Of a stretch of 64,000 nt of DNA, positions 14,060-26,813 are shown one piece after another. The translations under genes were made by a program, and so were the position numbers. The notes under the pieces are model-generated. The model saw only the letters and a list, made by a program, of their open reading frames with translations, searched no databases and was not told the origin of the DNA. Within the stretch, counting starts at the first letter, position 1; each line of letters starts with the position of its first letter. The stretch spans positions 39,804,001 to 39,868,000 of the forward strand of contig CM059430.1 in assembly GCA_030390025.1 (NCBI GenBank). The letters are read 5' to 3'. The DNA comes from Squalus acanthias. Its lineage: Eukaryota.

Positions 14060-14960
14060 ATTTTTTAATTCCCGAAAAGCCTCCCCAGATTTAACTTCTT
14101 ATCCAGTCTGGTAGTCTCTGTGAATCTGAGCGTTTTCTATTAAGCTTCTGACTGCAAGTAGGTACAATAAATTGGAAACAGTAGGGACACTCCACTGGGC
14201 ATTTACCAAACCCCAACCCCACTCCCACCCTGATGCCACTCTTGTAACAAGTATCTGTTGAATCCTACACGTCATCCAATTTCTTATCCATTTCCGGGTT
14301 TTACTTTGAGTCCACATCACTTTAACCTTAAGTAACAGCCTTTCATGCAAAACTTTGTCAAACTTTGCCTTTTGAAAGTACATTACATCATAAGGTTTTC
14401 CACAGTCTACTTGGGATGTCACTTGTTCAAAAAGTCAAGGAGAATCTTTCTCTTCTGAACCCATGTTGGCTGCCATTCACTAGTTTATTGTCATATAGAT
14501 AATCTTCAAATTTACTCCTGGCAATTAATTCTATTATTTTACCCAATATGGATGTGAGGCTTATTGGGATGTGGTTGCCTTTGTCTGCTTTGTCACTCTC
14601 TTTGAAAATAGACACTACACTTGCCCATTTCCAATCTAGAAAGATGTCTCCAGTATTTATCGATTCCTCATAATTACCATCAACACCTCACAAATCTCAT
14701 CCTTTGTCTTTAGGATAAATATCACCTATGCCTGGGGATTTATTTGTTTTGAGCCTGTTCCAGCCTACCTCACACCTCCATTTCATTTATATTGAACTTG
14801 CTAATACTAGCAAGGATTATCACTAATATTGCTTCTACCTCTCCAGTGAATACTGTACTTGGATGAAGTAATCATTTAGTATATTAGCTATTTTATGCTC
14901 ATCCTCAGTTTCTGCCCTATTAGCATCTTTTGGGGTTCTTTACTTCTTCTTTGATTGCAT
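14060..14960 (-). mobile_element. Old degenerate CR1 RT fragment
   Basis: Minus ORF relics GNHIPISLTSILGKIIE...SQHGF and KFDKVLHERLLLK. Confidence 0.7.
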
Positions 14961-15114
14961 TTTTATCAACCAGCTTTACCTGTACTCAAGAGTGGTGCAG
15001 ATTCTGGTTTTATAGTGCTTCAGAGGTTCCACAATCAGATATTTCTGAAACCAGATTTTAAATTTATGCACTAGCCTCCCAAAATACCAGAAAACAGAAA
15101 CCTATTCACCTACT

Positions 15115-15757
15115 ATCATAGAATCATAGAATCATAGGAAGTTACAGCACGGAAGGAGGCCATTTCGGCCCATCGTGTCCGCGCCGGCCAACAAAGAGCT
15201 ATCCAGCCTAATCCCACTTCCCAGCTCTTGGTCCGTAGCCCTGCAGGTTAGAGCATCCCAAGTGCACGTCCAAGTACTTTTTAAATGTGGTTAGGGTTCC
15301 TGCCTCTACCATCCTTTCAGGCAGTGAGTTCCAGACCCCCACAACCCTCTGGGTGAAGAAATTTCCCCTCAAATCCCCTCTAAACCTTCCACCAATTACT
15401 TTAAATCTGTGCCCCCTGGTTTTTGACCCCTCTGCGAAGGGAAATAGGTCCTTTCTATCCACTTTATCTATGATTTTACTTGCCAAGAATTTTTCATGCT
15501 CTCTCTTTGCTTTCCTAATATTATTTTTAATTGCACCCCTGCACTTTCTGTACTCCTCTAAAGATTCTGGAGTATTTAGCCCTTGGTATCTGTCATACGC
15601 CTCCCTTTTTTTCTTTATCCTACCCTGTATGTCTCTAGACATCCAGAGGGCTCTAGATTTGTTAGTCCCACCTTTTCCTTTAAGGGCACATGTTTGGTCT
15701 GAACCCTCCGGATCTCCTCCTTGAATGCCTCCCACTGCTCTGACACTGATTTACCTT
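15115..15757 (-). mobile_element. CR1 LINE fragment with a large in-frame internal deletion
   Basis: ORF 15208-15735 joins the pre-RT linker (IRKAKREHEKFLASKI) directly to the ORF2 C-terminus (DKVDRKDLFP...FFTQRVVGVWNSLP) near 15470; (ATTCTATG)n tail. Confidence 0.85.
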
Positions 15758-15882
15758 ACTAGACAGCCAAAGTTTAAATGTATGCTTATTTGCCACTACT
15801 GCACTGTTCCTTCCAAACCACCTAGACTATCCTTGGTTGTAGATGCATATCTAGCACTTGACCTTCAGGAATTGGATACATA

Positions 15883-16700
15883 GCGGGCGATTTTCTCAGC
15901 CCCGAGGAGGCAGGTATGGAGGCATGACTGCCGGGAAAGTGGCAGAATTTGGGGGCGGGTGGCAAACCCGCCCCCAACCTGCCTCTGTTCTCTCTTGCCA
16001 GGAGGTGGGAAGCCGTCCCGCCCTGGGTCCCATCTCCTTGGAGGCGGGAAGGGATTAAAGCTTATTAACTGCCTGTTAACAGGTAGTTAACAGGCAGAAA
16101 ATAGGATTATCCCCATTTTCCATCCCAAAGTGCGAGCTTCCCGACCTGGGGGAACCCCGCTAGGGTGTAGGAGGCAAGCAGTGGGTCTGCGGGGGTCTGC
16201 AGGGTCTGAAAGTGCGATGTAGAGGTGAGTGATGGGTGCAAGTGTGGAGTGGTAAATATGTAAGGGGGAGTGTAAAGTCTTAGAAAATGTTAACTTACCT
16301 TTGTTTCTACCTACAGCCTTCAGCCGCTGTGGAGCTGGAGTCCCCGACATCTCCATTGTAGAGATCACAGACTGGCTGCTGCATCCTTCAATCCAACAGC
16401 CAGCTAATTTCTGCAAAGTAGAAAGGTTTGATGAGTCCTGAACACAAGGACTCATCAAACTACACAGAATGTCACTGTTTGACAGCTTCACAATGACATT
16501 TCTTCTTTCAAAAATTCTTGACAGATGACACGTCATACACTGACGTGCTCTGCAACTGCCTTCGCCCTAATTGGCCTGCTAAGCCCGCCGGGCGGGCTTA
16601 ACAAGGTCAAACAGGGGAAAATCCCCCTGGTTGGCCAGAAGTTGATGGAGGCGGGACTGAAACCCGGCAAGTGGGAGTCCCGCCTCCAAAAGCTTCCCAT
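15883..16700. mobile_element. Harbinger-type MITE lacking its right TIR
   Basis: Colinear with the complete copy 56333-57168 up to cgcctccaaaagcttcccatt, then switches to other sequence. Confidence 0.75.
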
Positions 16701-16965
16701 TCGGGCGGTCAGCGTGCCAGGTCGCGACCCCGTTGTTGGTTCCATCCCGCTGCTGAGGTCGACTTTGCACTAATGGGGCCTATTAAGCCCGCCCTGCGCG
16801 TTACCTGGCCCTATTAAATGGTGCGGGTCTGATGACGTCATCGATGATGCGTTTTCAGATGGAATATTTAAAGGAGCCTTGGCCACATTGCATTTGAAGG
16901 TTCATCTAGGAGTGTGCAGTCACTGCACTGGAGGCTTTGATTGCTCCAAACAGTTGGAGAGATGA

Positions 16966-18145
16966 TTGCACAGAGGCAGAGCTGCACCCAGGTTCTCCGA
17001 TGACTTCCTCCATATGCTAGTGGAGGTAGTCGGAGCATGCAGGGAGGTCCTCTTCCCTTTGAATGAGCGGAAGAGACCTCTCAGGAGACAAAAAGAGCCT
17101 GGCTCCAAATTTCAGAGGAGGTCAACAGCAGGGGTGTGTTCAGGGGACCTGGGTGTAGTGCCGTAAACGCTTCAATTATCTCATTAAATCAGGAAAGGTG
17201 AGTACAAAGTCACACTCAACTTCATCCTGCTGTGCCTCTTATCACATCCCCATCACTCTGCCTTCCCAACCCTACTCCTGCACATCATTACTCACACCAA
17301 CATACCTTGCACCTCCACCCGTCCCTCTCTCTCTATCTAAATTATCACATCCCCATCTTACTAGCCACCTCTCACACTCAGCCTCATCCTAATGCAATCA
17401 TACCAACTAACAACACACAAGGAGGCCATTTGACATTGCCACCCCACTCCATCATAGTCTCCCTCTAAAGATGTTACCCATCCATTCCTTACACTCATTC
17501 CATCACTCTCACTCAACTGTCTCTTCTTTCCCTCCTTGCAGGATAAGGGAGTGCACAATAAGAGGGAGAGGGAGAGAACTGGAAGTGGGCCTCCATCAAT
17601 TGCCACCCTTACAACAGCAGTGGAGGCTGCGTTGGAAGTATCAGGAGTGGCCGAGCAGCTGGAGGTGGGAGACGGAGAGAGGGGGACATCTCAGCAACCT
17701 GGTGACAGAATTACATATCATACAGCTACAGGCATACATCAGTCACTCATATGGGGACTGATGTTATCAGCCACTGAATGGTCATCATGTACATAATGGT
17801 ATCTGTACCCATTCTTCATATGGCATTTCTAACTCATCTCTTTACTCTCCCACAGGTCCATCAAGAGCTCCCCCCACCCCCCCATTGTCCAGGAGGAAGA
17901 GGAAGACGACTCCTCAGAGCAGCCTCCAGCCTCTGAGGGCGCACCATCACCAGACATAAGCGCACCCAGCACCAGCGCAGATACGCACACCATGGTGGGT
18001 CCCACGCGAGATAGAGTAGTATTGTCACTGGGTCCGTCACAAGTCACAAGTGAGCAAGAGCAGATGGTGGAGACAGGGACAGCAGTGGAGACTCCTCGCC
18101 GGAGGGCGCAGGATGCTTCCAGCTCTGCTCAGCTGCAAGCAGACG
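16966..18145 (+). pseudogene. Harbinger Myb/SANT-like DNA-binding protein (NAIF1-like), spliced and disrupted
   Basis: RAAPRFSDDFLHMLVEVVGACREVLFP...; donor gtgagt at 17198; exon after ttgcag at about 17542 encoding DKGVHNKRERERTGSGPP; acidic third exon from about 17856. Confidence 0.75.
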
Positions 18146-18263
18146 CTCACACCAGCATACCTTGCATGTCCACCTATCCCTCTTTCTCTATCTAAATTAT
18201 CACATCCCCATCTTACTAGCCACCCCTCACACTCAGCCTCATCCTAATGCAATCATACCAACT

Positions 18264-19060
18264 GAAGGGTGTCATGAGCCACGTCTTCAGTGGATAGCCC
18301 TTATCTCCAAGCAGTCAACCGGCAAGTCTGTTTGGAGGAGCGAAGAGCTAAGGGAGGGTGGACTGGGGAAGACGAGTCATGGCAGCTGACACATGCATGA
18401 TGATCTTTCTATGGTTGCAGACCAGCTGCACATTGAGGGAGTGGAAGCCCTTGTGGTTGACAAAGACTCCTGGGTTATGATGGGGTGTCCTGATGGCCAC
18501 ATGTGTGCAGTCGATGACGCCCTGCACCCGTGGGAAGCCAGCCAGAGTGACAAAGCCGAGCACCCGCTCAGTAACACTGGCTTCATCAGTGGCAAAGTTG
18601 ACACAATTGGCTGACTTGTTAAAGAGGGCATCGGTGACCTGTGTGATGTATCTGTGGGCGGCCGACTGTGAGATCCGGCAAATGTCTGCTGCAGATTCCT
18701 GGAAGGAGCCTGCGGTGAAGAAGATGAGGGCGCTGGTGACTTTGACAGCCACTGGTAAGGCGTGTCCACCCGCTCCTCTGGGCTGCAGATCTTGCTTGAG
18801 CAATGTGCAAATGTTTGCGACGACCTGAGCCTCCTTTGGCACTGCTGCTCAGTCATGTTGAGGAAGCTCATCCTCTGCCTGTATACCCTGTGTTGGGGGT
18901 ATCGCCTCTGGTGCGGTGCAGCCCTGTGCTGATGCCCTCTGTCCTGTGCAGCTTCAGGTGGTTGAGGAGAAGGTTGGTGGTGTTGTTGGTGCTGCTGGTG
19001 TTGGGGCTCATCGTAGTCCACTTCTGAGGACCAAGGTGAGACAGTATAAATGGCACCCAT
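18264..19060 (-). pseudogene. Harbinger (HARBI1-like) DDE transposase, frameshifted and C-terminally truncated
   Basis: [55 protein letters not shown], then LLGDKGYPLKTWLMTPF at 18264-18315; the catalytic Glu region is absent. Confidence 0.88.
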
Positions 19061-20430
19061 GCTGATGGAATAGATGGCAGGTCAAGTAGAAATCAGAGGA
19101 GCAAGCTGTCAATGGTGTGATAGGTTGTAACAATAAGGTGAGACTGGATGGCGACTTTGCTGGAAACACTTGTAGCCTGTAGAAAGCTAAATGTGTGCTG
19201 GGAATGCAGTCAGCAACAGCTTCTGCCTGAAGAAAGTGACCAGCTGTGAGATGGGAGCTTTTATAGTACATTTCACTCTGTCAACTAATCAGCTGGTACA
19301 ATGGCCACTCAACTCCCGCCTCAGGCTGACAGACGTGGTTCCCGAGCTGTGTGAATCCCATGAGCAGCCAGGGAAATTTGAAAGGTCGGCTGAAAAAGGC
19401 TTTTAAGGGTCTGACAACTACCTGGTAATGATTTGAATTAGGTCCCCCGCCTCTGCCGGTCGGGTTGCTGCCACACCGGCAAACACGCCCAAGGGAAAGG
19501 CGCGTGGGGGCGGAATGACGGCGGGTTCCCGACCCGCTGCAACTTATTTCAAATTTCCCACCCGATCCGCCTCCAATCGCGCCCGCACAGACCCCAGAAA
19601 ATTCCAGCCCTTGACTCTGTTTTGATCTCTCCCTGCCCAGTGGCAAACAGACTAATTGTGCATCCCCTACTTTTGCTAAAATCAACAGACTCAACACAAA
19701 TCCGGGAACAAACCTGGAACCTCCTGGTCTGTATGACTCGGTAACATACCATCCATGTATTTGCCTGCTGAACTAGTAGGAGAGCTGTGCGTGTGTGTAT
19801 ATATCTATATAGACAAATTTATGTTCGATACAAATATTTATAATTTGGACCCAATACTAAAAGCTACATAGTTCATGAATACTGAAGGCCTTTCAACCTA
19901 CCAAGACGATTAAATTTGGTTTAGTGCATTCCTTCAGGATTTCATTCTAGTAACAATATTTCATATTTATATTGTACAGTGCATACAACTGCAGAAAAAT
20001 GGTTTTAATTGCTGTAAAAAGGGTCCTGCCTCCAATAATTCTAGCTCCTAAAAATGTTGGCAGTTGACTGACACTATTGATAAATATGTCACTGCTCTAA
20101 AGCATGTCCTCTAGAAACATCATATACCAAGAGACAGTAAGAGACAGCATTTATTACAGTACATTGTCAATGCAGTACACATATGGAATCAAAATTCAGA
20201 TTCTGTCACAAACTTCTGAAAGTTATAAGGAAGATATGTTTGAAATGTAAAACTATCTCAACAGCCCATGTTCTTGTACACAAAATGGTTAGTCGAAGGC
20301 ATTTTTTCCACCATGATCAGAGCAGCCAGAGTGACCTCTGATGCCCCCTGGCTTGCTTTGGAAGTATTAATCCTGAGCTGCAGGAATGACAATCCATATA
20401 CATAGCAGGATGGGGAAGGTCTGTGATATC

Positions 20431-20890
20431 AGTGTCAGCTGTGGCTCAGTTGGTAGCACTGTTGCCTCTGAGTCAGAAGGTTGTGGGTTCCAAGTCCCTG
20501 TCCAGAGACTTGCACACAGGCTGACACTTGAGTGTAATACTGAGGGAGTGCTGCACTGTCGGAGGTGCTGTCTTTCAGATGAGATGTTAAACTGAGGCCC
20601 TGCCTGCTCTCTCAGGTGAACGTAAAAGATCCCACAGCGCTATTTTGAAGAAGAGCAGGGGAGTTATCCCCAGTGTCCTGGCCAATATTTATCCTTCAAT
20701 CAACATCTAAAACAGTTTATCTGGTCATTATCACGTTGCTGTTTGTGGGACCTTGCTGCGCGCAAATTGGCTGCCGCGTTTCCTACATTACAACAGTGAC
20801 TACACTTCAAAAGTACTTAATTGGCTGTAAAGCGCTTTGGGATGTCTGGTGGTCGTGAAAAATGCTATATAAATGTAAGTCTATGTTTTT
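20431..20890 (+). mobile_element. Full-length Deu-domain tRNA SINE (SacSINE1/AmnSINE1-like)
   Basis: A box tggctcagttgg, B-box-like ggttccaagtccc, conserved body (tactgagggagtgctgcactgtcggaggtg...), L2-type tail ctatataaatgtaagt. Confidence 0.82.
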
Positions 20891-21494
20891 TGTCCATTAT
20901 GTATCTAGGTATCCAATTTAAGGGTTTAATCTGTGCAACAAAGAATTTGAGCTGTTTTTGTAATTTTACAAGGGAAAGAATTCGAGATCTAATAAAGTGG
21001 AATTCTGTTGCATTCAATAGGTCACCATTGAAATAAACACTTCTGACTATAATCAGGCTTGGATGTAACAGCACTGAAATAAAGTCAGGGACAGCTGGTA
21101 TTTCATGGTGATTTAGATTATGATTGCATTCATGGGGTATGACGGTATGTGATAGTTTGAGGGGGTTAAAAATCGCCAATAGATCATTTGCTTTAATGGC
21201 TAGCTTTGTTATTTAAAGGTCATGTTTTATCAAGAGTTCACTGCTTGCAAACCAGAAATTCCTCATTACAAAGCCAAACATGGGTCAGTATTATCTATTT
21301 GCCCACCAAACGATCAGGGAGCTCAACAAGCTGTTTTTGTATTTCTTTTAAACTACTAAGCATATAATCTGGATTATAGAGACTCCCCAAGAGAGGCCAT
21401 TTAAGGAGAAGCTGCAGATTTTACGGTTAATGCACCCTAAAGATTTCAGGTGATCTTATACTTGTTGGTATGACTTAAATTATTTATCAAGATT

Positions 21495-21500
21495 TTTATT
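21495..21500 (-). terminator. Candidate SNX20 poly(A) signal AATAAA
   Basis: tttatt on + about 165 nt past the stop codon; a more distal one lies at 20150-20155. Motif only. Confidence 0.35.
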
Positions 21501-21662
21501 GGAAAATTACCCTTGTTTTGATGGAATTGACTGCACATTGTAGGAAATTAAAAAAAAAATAATTGCACACAAAATATTTTAGCAAAAGTGTGGCAATAAC
21601 CTTTTTGGCAATTTAGTTAACTGTTCAAAAGCAATTTTTGGGGGGAGATGGGGACATCAGGC

Positions 21663-22334
21663 TTATTGTACGTATTCCTGCACTACTAGCTCTTTCAGTG
21701 AAGGCAGATTGCTTTGGCTTCCGTGTAGTTCCTCTAGGTCGGTCACCTTGCGTTGAAGGTGCTGCATGTTCTTGCCCAGCTCATTACCTAGAGTAATCTG
21801 AACCTTCAGCAAAGGGATAAGGTATTTGTGGCGACTGCAGTTATGCAAAATAATCCCACCTTTCTCACAAAATTGGTAGGCACCATCTATATTACCCAAA
21901 TCTCTGCAGCACACACTGATAGCACTGAGTGTAAGAACAAGCCGATCATAGTAACGCATATACAGTTTTTCCTGCAAACTAAATACATTCAGAAGAGTAT
22001 TCAAAGCTCTGGTATACTGTCCGCTTCGAAGGCAGCCATATCCTTCTCGCACCTCTGGTAGGAAGAAGAACTCAATAAATTCATCAGATTCACGGATATC
22101 TTTGATCGCATACAACTGTCTTAAATAGTCCGTGAACGCCAACTTGCGTTCAGCGATTTTCTCCTGCATGAAGTTCCCAGCCATGATTTTCTTTGGAAAA
22201 GTAATTTCTTCTATCTCTTCTTTAAAATTCTTCAAGATGTTTTTATGTAACTTTTCAAAGTCTGAGTATCGCCGTTCAATATAAGCTTGGCTGCCATCAT
22301 AGGTGCCAGATTTTATCACTACTACTTTGTACAT
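21663..22334 (-). CDS. SNX20: Sorting nexin 20, last coding exon (rest of PX domain plus C-terminal PXB/TPR-like region), 223 aa + stop
   Basis: Translation MYKVVVIKSGTYDGSQAYIERRYSDFEKLHK...FPKKIMAGNF...ERKLAFTDYL...GCLRSGQYTRAL...LQEKL...SLKELVVQEYVQ is colinear with the SNX20/SNX21 sequence as I recall it. A polypyrimidine tract and CAG acceptor (minus: ttttttcctccccag|ATG) lie immediately upstream of 22334, so this ATG is internal (phase 0). Confidence 0.93.
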   Translation of the reverse strand: MYKVVVIKSGTYDGSQAYIERRYSDFEKLHKNILKNFKEEIEEITFPKKIMAGNFMQEKIAERKLAFTDYLRQLYAIKDIRESDEFIEFFFLPEVREGYGCLRSGQYTRALNTLLNVFSLQEKLYMRYYDRLVLTLSAISVCCRDLGNIDGAYQFCEKGGIILHNCSRHKYLIPLLKVQITLGNELGKNMQHLQRKVTDLEELHGSQSNLPSLKELVVQEYVQ

Positions 22335-24404
22335 CTGGGGAGGAAAAAATACTGATCAGAACAGTTGTGAGTAATTTCAACTAATGGCACGTGTTTGATT
22401 AAAAAATAAAGAGATGCCATGGATACCCTTACAATGGTCTAAAGGTTAGTCAAACATTTCCACTCAGAGGGTACAATTTATTTTCTTTACTAGCTTTGGC
22501 ACTGGCCAATTTGGTGCAGCAGGAAGCAAAATTTGGATTCCGTTCGACAGCACAACACCTTTTGAGAATTTCAGATCCTTTTTTACATAAATACAATTCA
22601 GAAGCTCTACCCCACTGAGGTCTGTGGGATTTGTGTTATTAATTAAGGACTATGTTTTCCTCCCTCACTAATTTTAGCACAAAAATGGATGTGAATATAA
22701 AGCAGGGAACAGAATTAGCAAACGGAGGGAAATATTTCCCAAGGGCACTATTCCAATCTGCAATCTGAGCAAAGACCAAACTAAGAAATGGACTATTTTT
22801 TTAAGTCGAAGATTTCCCACACTTTCTTCCACCTGCACAGTTGTGGATTTCTGCAAATATTGTACTTTCACCTGGGGAGGAATAGAAGAATCACAAACAT
22901 GTTGGAAACATCTAGAATTGGAAACATCCAGAATTCAAACGCGATGGCAAAGAAACTGCACTAATACGTCACATGGGTATAGTCAGGCTGAAATGGAACA
23001 AAACTCTCGGAGCCAAAAGCAGTGGACCAATAGGAAGTTGTTGGCATGTTAATGAAGAAGGTCTACAAATGAGCTATAGAGTGAGATGTAACGATCACGT
23101 AGCAGCACATACACTAAGAATAGTTTAATTTGCTGCTCGGAATTTACACACAACATTGCAAGATTAGTATTCCTGATATCACAATCCTGTCAGGAGGGAA
23201 ATGTAATATTTGGGGATTTCTCTGATAGGAATATCATAGTTCAGTGTGAAATGAAGCAAAGCGTTTTTTCAAGAGTTTTTGTATTGTGATTAGACACAGT
23301 GTGAATATTTTAAACAAAATATTATGATTTCTACATTTTGATAATGATGAGAGCCTTTGGTAGCTTGGTGGCTAGAAGAATAGTGTTATCATCGAATGGG
23401 CTAGATTACCCACTCATTCAGAGTTGATGGGTGGAAAGTCAAGGGTTAAATCCTGTTGTAAATGTTCTTTTTAAACAGTAGTATCAAATATTTGTGGCAG
23501 ATTGAAAATCGAGCATGGAGTTACAATGACACTGACATTGAGGAGAGGAGTTATTTTCATTTGGACTGCAGAATATGTCAGCATCAAACAGGGACATAAA
23601 TTTGCATTTTTTCACAGGGTGACCCCCATCTAATAACACCTGTCAGCAGCCAGTCTTCCATGCCAAAATGTGGGCCATGAGTCATAGCAGCACCTATTGA
23701 GGTCATTATACGTATTTCCCTTTGAGTCCTCCAGCAGCAACATATCAAACATGAAGGTTTTTATGCAGCTGGCTTGCCTAATGTCCTGGGAAAAATCAGT
23801 TGCACATAAATAGCCCTCCATGCACCTTCTGGGATTGAACTAGTTTCTCGTAATTCAAGCCAGCTGGCCTTGGATATATAGGTTGCATGTTGTGGTTTGG
23901 GTAAAATTAAAAGTCCGGTTGCCAAATCTCCACAGCCGTGCTATAACTTAGATTTGACGGTGGGCGATTTTCAACTGGAACGCGCATTTGGCGGGAAGTG
24001 GGTTTCACTACACCTGCCCTGTGGCTCCAGCGAGAGGCCCAAACAATTTTCATGGTCGGGCCTTGTCTAAACATTTTGGGTGAGCTGCTGAATGTTTAGA
24101 AGCTGCTTTTGGACAGGCTCACCTGGATGTGTGCTGTTTGCACCCAATCTTTTCAAGGTCATCCATCCATTAGCTTTGCCCCAAGTGCAGATTTCGACAG
24201 GTGAAGGGACTAGTCATGGGAGTGAAATTTAAAGGGATGGAAGCAATTAAAGGAAAGTGACAGAATAGGGTGACAAAAATTCTGAACGATTTAGAAAGGT
24301 TCAAAAAGCTTCTCAGCTTTTGCCAACACTAAAGGAGAAGGGACTAAGAAACAACAGGCAGAAATTAAGGAAAAGGAAACCCAGGTGGTAGGTATGATTT
24401 GGAG

Positions 24405-25096
24405 GCTAGTGACAGTGCAGCCCGGCACTCAACTCCCAGGCACTAATGCTTCTCAACTTTAAAAAATTCAGTTTTGCGCTCCAGGAAGGAATCAAGCGCT
24501 CCACTTCATTCCTGGAGGGCAACAGGCAGCAGGCGGGGCGGAGGTTGTGCAGCGCTGCACAATGGGCCGTGCAGCGCTGCCGCATTGAAAGGCTCCTTCC
24601 CTCCCTTAAAGGGAAGGGCCATCGCTGTAGGCTCTGCAAGGAAAAAAACTGGTCCCCGACAGCAGCCACACTGCGGCCCGATCAGCCCGATGCACTGCAG
24701 CAGAGTGCCGGGCTGATCGATGGCTGGCGACGAAAAAAAAAACTGCAAACAGCATTTGAGATTTTTTTTTCACCTATCTCTGCCACCTCACCTTTAAGTC
24801 TCGCCCCCAAAGCATCCGGCCTCCCGATCAACGCCTCCTGCAGCTGTCGGTGTCATCGCCCGGCAGGAAATGAATTTTGGGTCCGGGGCGCTACCGGGGT
24901 GATGCGCAACTGGATGATGTTACGATCTCCAGGCGCAGGAGATCATGGCGCTAGGGGTTACCACCACCACAAACCACCAGGTGAATTTCGCGGGCGACGG
25001 TAACATCGGCACGCCCGGGTGGTAAGTCCTTGGCGGTCCGTTATCGCTCCCCAGAGGCACTAACGGGAGGCGCTAAGGCACCGAATTTCTAGCCCA
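24405..25096. mobile_element. GC-rich Harbinger-type MITE, left end missing
   Basis: Ends in ccgaatttctagccc; subterminal GCGCT/GGCGC motifs resemble the 996-1887 family. Confidence 0.6.
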
Positions 25097-25097
25097 A

Positions 25098-25615
25098 AGT
25101 ATTTGTTTAATGTCTCTGCCATTTCCTTATTGTCCATTATAATTTCTCCTGTCTCTGCCTCTAATGGGCCTACGTTTACTTTCACTAATCTCTTCCTATT
25201 TACATACCTATAGAAACGTTTACAATCTGTTTTTATGTCTCTCGCTAATTTACTCTCATATTTTTTTCTCTTTCCTTATCAGTTTCTTGGTCCTCCTTTG
25301 CTGAATTCTAAAATCCTCCCAATCCTCAGGCTTACTACTCTTTTTGGCAACATTATAAGCCACTTCCTTTGATCTAATACTATCTTTAACTTCTCTTGTT
25401 AGCCACGGTTGGACCACTTTTCCTGTGGGTTTTTTGTGCCTTAAAGGAATGTAAATTATGTATTAATTCTTTAATGCTAGCCATTGCTTGTCTACCATCA
25501 TACCTTTTAATGTAATTTCCCAATCTACCTTCGCCAACTCACCCCTCATACCTACGTAGTTTGCTTTGTTTAGATTGAAGACCCTAGTTTCAGATTTAAC
25601 TAAATCACTTTCAAG
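25098..25615 (-). mobile_element. CR1 ORF2 internal fragment (EN-RT linker)
   Basis: Reverse complement parallels 28700-29210 (aaagtaaacgtaggccc, atggcagagacattaaacaaatacttt). Confidence 0.75.
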
Positions 25616-25789
25616 CTGTCCTAATAGCTCCTTTTTTAATTTATGGATATAGTTAGAGGCTGCAATGTGGTGCAGATTATGAAATCTTGTGTTGAAGCCT
25701 GCTTTTTTTCAGTTTGAGGCAGGAGCTTAAAGTTGTTGTCAATCAGAACATTTTCTGAAACTCACCAAGTAATTATTTTGTAAACCCTC

Positions 25790-26100
25790 TGAGAACTCTG
25801 TGTTCCTCCAACTCTGGCCTCTTGGGTATCGCTTACTTCCTTCACCCCACAATTGGCGGCCATGCCTTCAGCCAACTAGCCCCTAAGGTTTAGAATTCCC
25901 TCCCTAAACTTCTCCACCTTTCGTTCCTCCTATAAGACGTTCCTTAAAACCTACCTCTTTGATCAAGCTTTTGGTCACCTGTCCTAATGTCTCCTTCTTT
26001 GGCTCGATGTCAAATTTTGTCTGTTAACACTCCTATGAAGCGCCTTGGGACATTTTACTATGTTAAAGGCGCAATATAGGCGCAGCATGTTGCTGTAGCT
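25790..26100 (+). mobile_element. L2 3' tail fragment
   Basis: ccttaaaacctacctctttgatcaagcttttggtcacctgtcctaa...gaagcgccttgggacattttactatgttaaaggcgc, same tail as the L2 at 30975. Confidence 0.75.
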
Positions 26101-26813
26101 GTGTCATATTGGGCCAGAAATTGGTGTAATGGTGGGTTAGGCAGCGAACAAGTTTGGAGTTTGATGCTCATCATTGACATCGCATTATATTTGCGCTGCA
26201 AATTGCTGCAACGTCGATCCGATAACGGCGTAGTGATGTAAATGTCAAATCTGGGACCTCATGAATGCTGTGCCCAATGGTTTAGCTCCCTGACCAATAA
26301 AAGAAAAGGGTAGAGAAAGAAGCGGAGCGATTGACGGAGAAGGAAATAGGGTGAATTAGAGTCAAACAAAATATAGTGACAGAAAGAGGAATAAAGAGAG
26401 TGGATTAGAGAGAGAGAAAAGAGACAGAAAGGAAAAGTAAGATTTTTGAAAAAAAGAACAAGCAGAAGAAAAGGACATTTTAACTCAGTTGTGTTTGGGA
26501 ATTGTTGTATCGGTCCTTGAGAAGTTAATGAGTGAATAGCAGGGTAAGTGTGTGAAATGTACAAACATTCTTGCCCTATGAAATATAGAACCAGCAACTA
26601 GGAACAGTGGCACACCCAGTGGGTACGTCAATGCAATGCTTTCATAGGGACTGTTAGATGAAGAAAGACCACGGTCCATCTAGTTCGCCTTCTACCATCC
26701 TGGTAGTCACATGATACAATGCTAAGGAAGTTGCTGACTAATCATAGCAATCAATCGCTATCAATCTACAATGGACCCAGAAATGACACAAGAAAAACTC
26801 TAGTGGTGTAGAG

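Larger units (their letters stand above)
16701..19610. mobile_element. Degraded autonomous-type PIF/Harbinger transposon (convergent Myb/SANT-like gene and transposase)
   Basis: Two convergent gene relics typical of Harbinger; right TIR GAAAATTCCAGCCC ends at 19610; left TIR missing. Confidence 0.88.

Noticed and set aside
15208-15735. 175-aa ORF as a novel gene
   Set aside because: It is an in-frame fusion of two CR1 ORF2 segments.
18377-19060. 227-aa Gln/His-rich ORF or a domesticated HARBI1
   Set aside because: Frameshifted transposase relic inside a TIR element, with stops and a missing catalytic Glu.
24446-25003. 185-aa ORF in a CpG-rich segment (possible CpG island or gene)
   Set aside because: Lies in a GC-rich MITE with ORFs open in several frames and no known domain.
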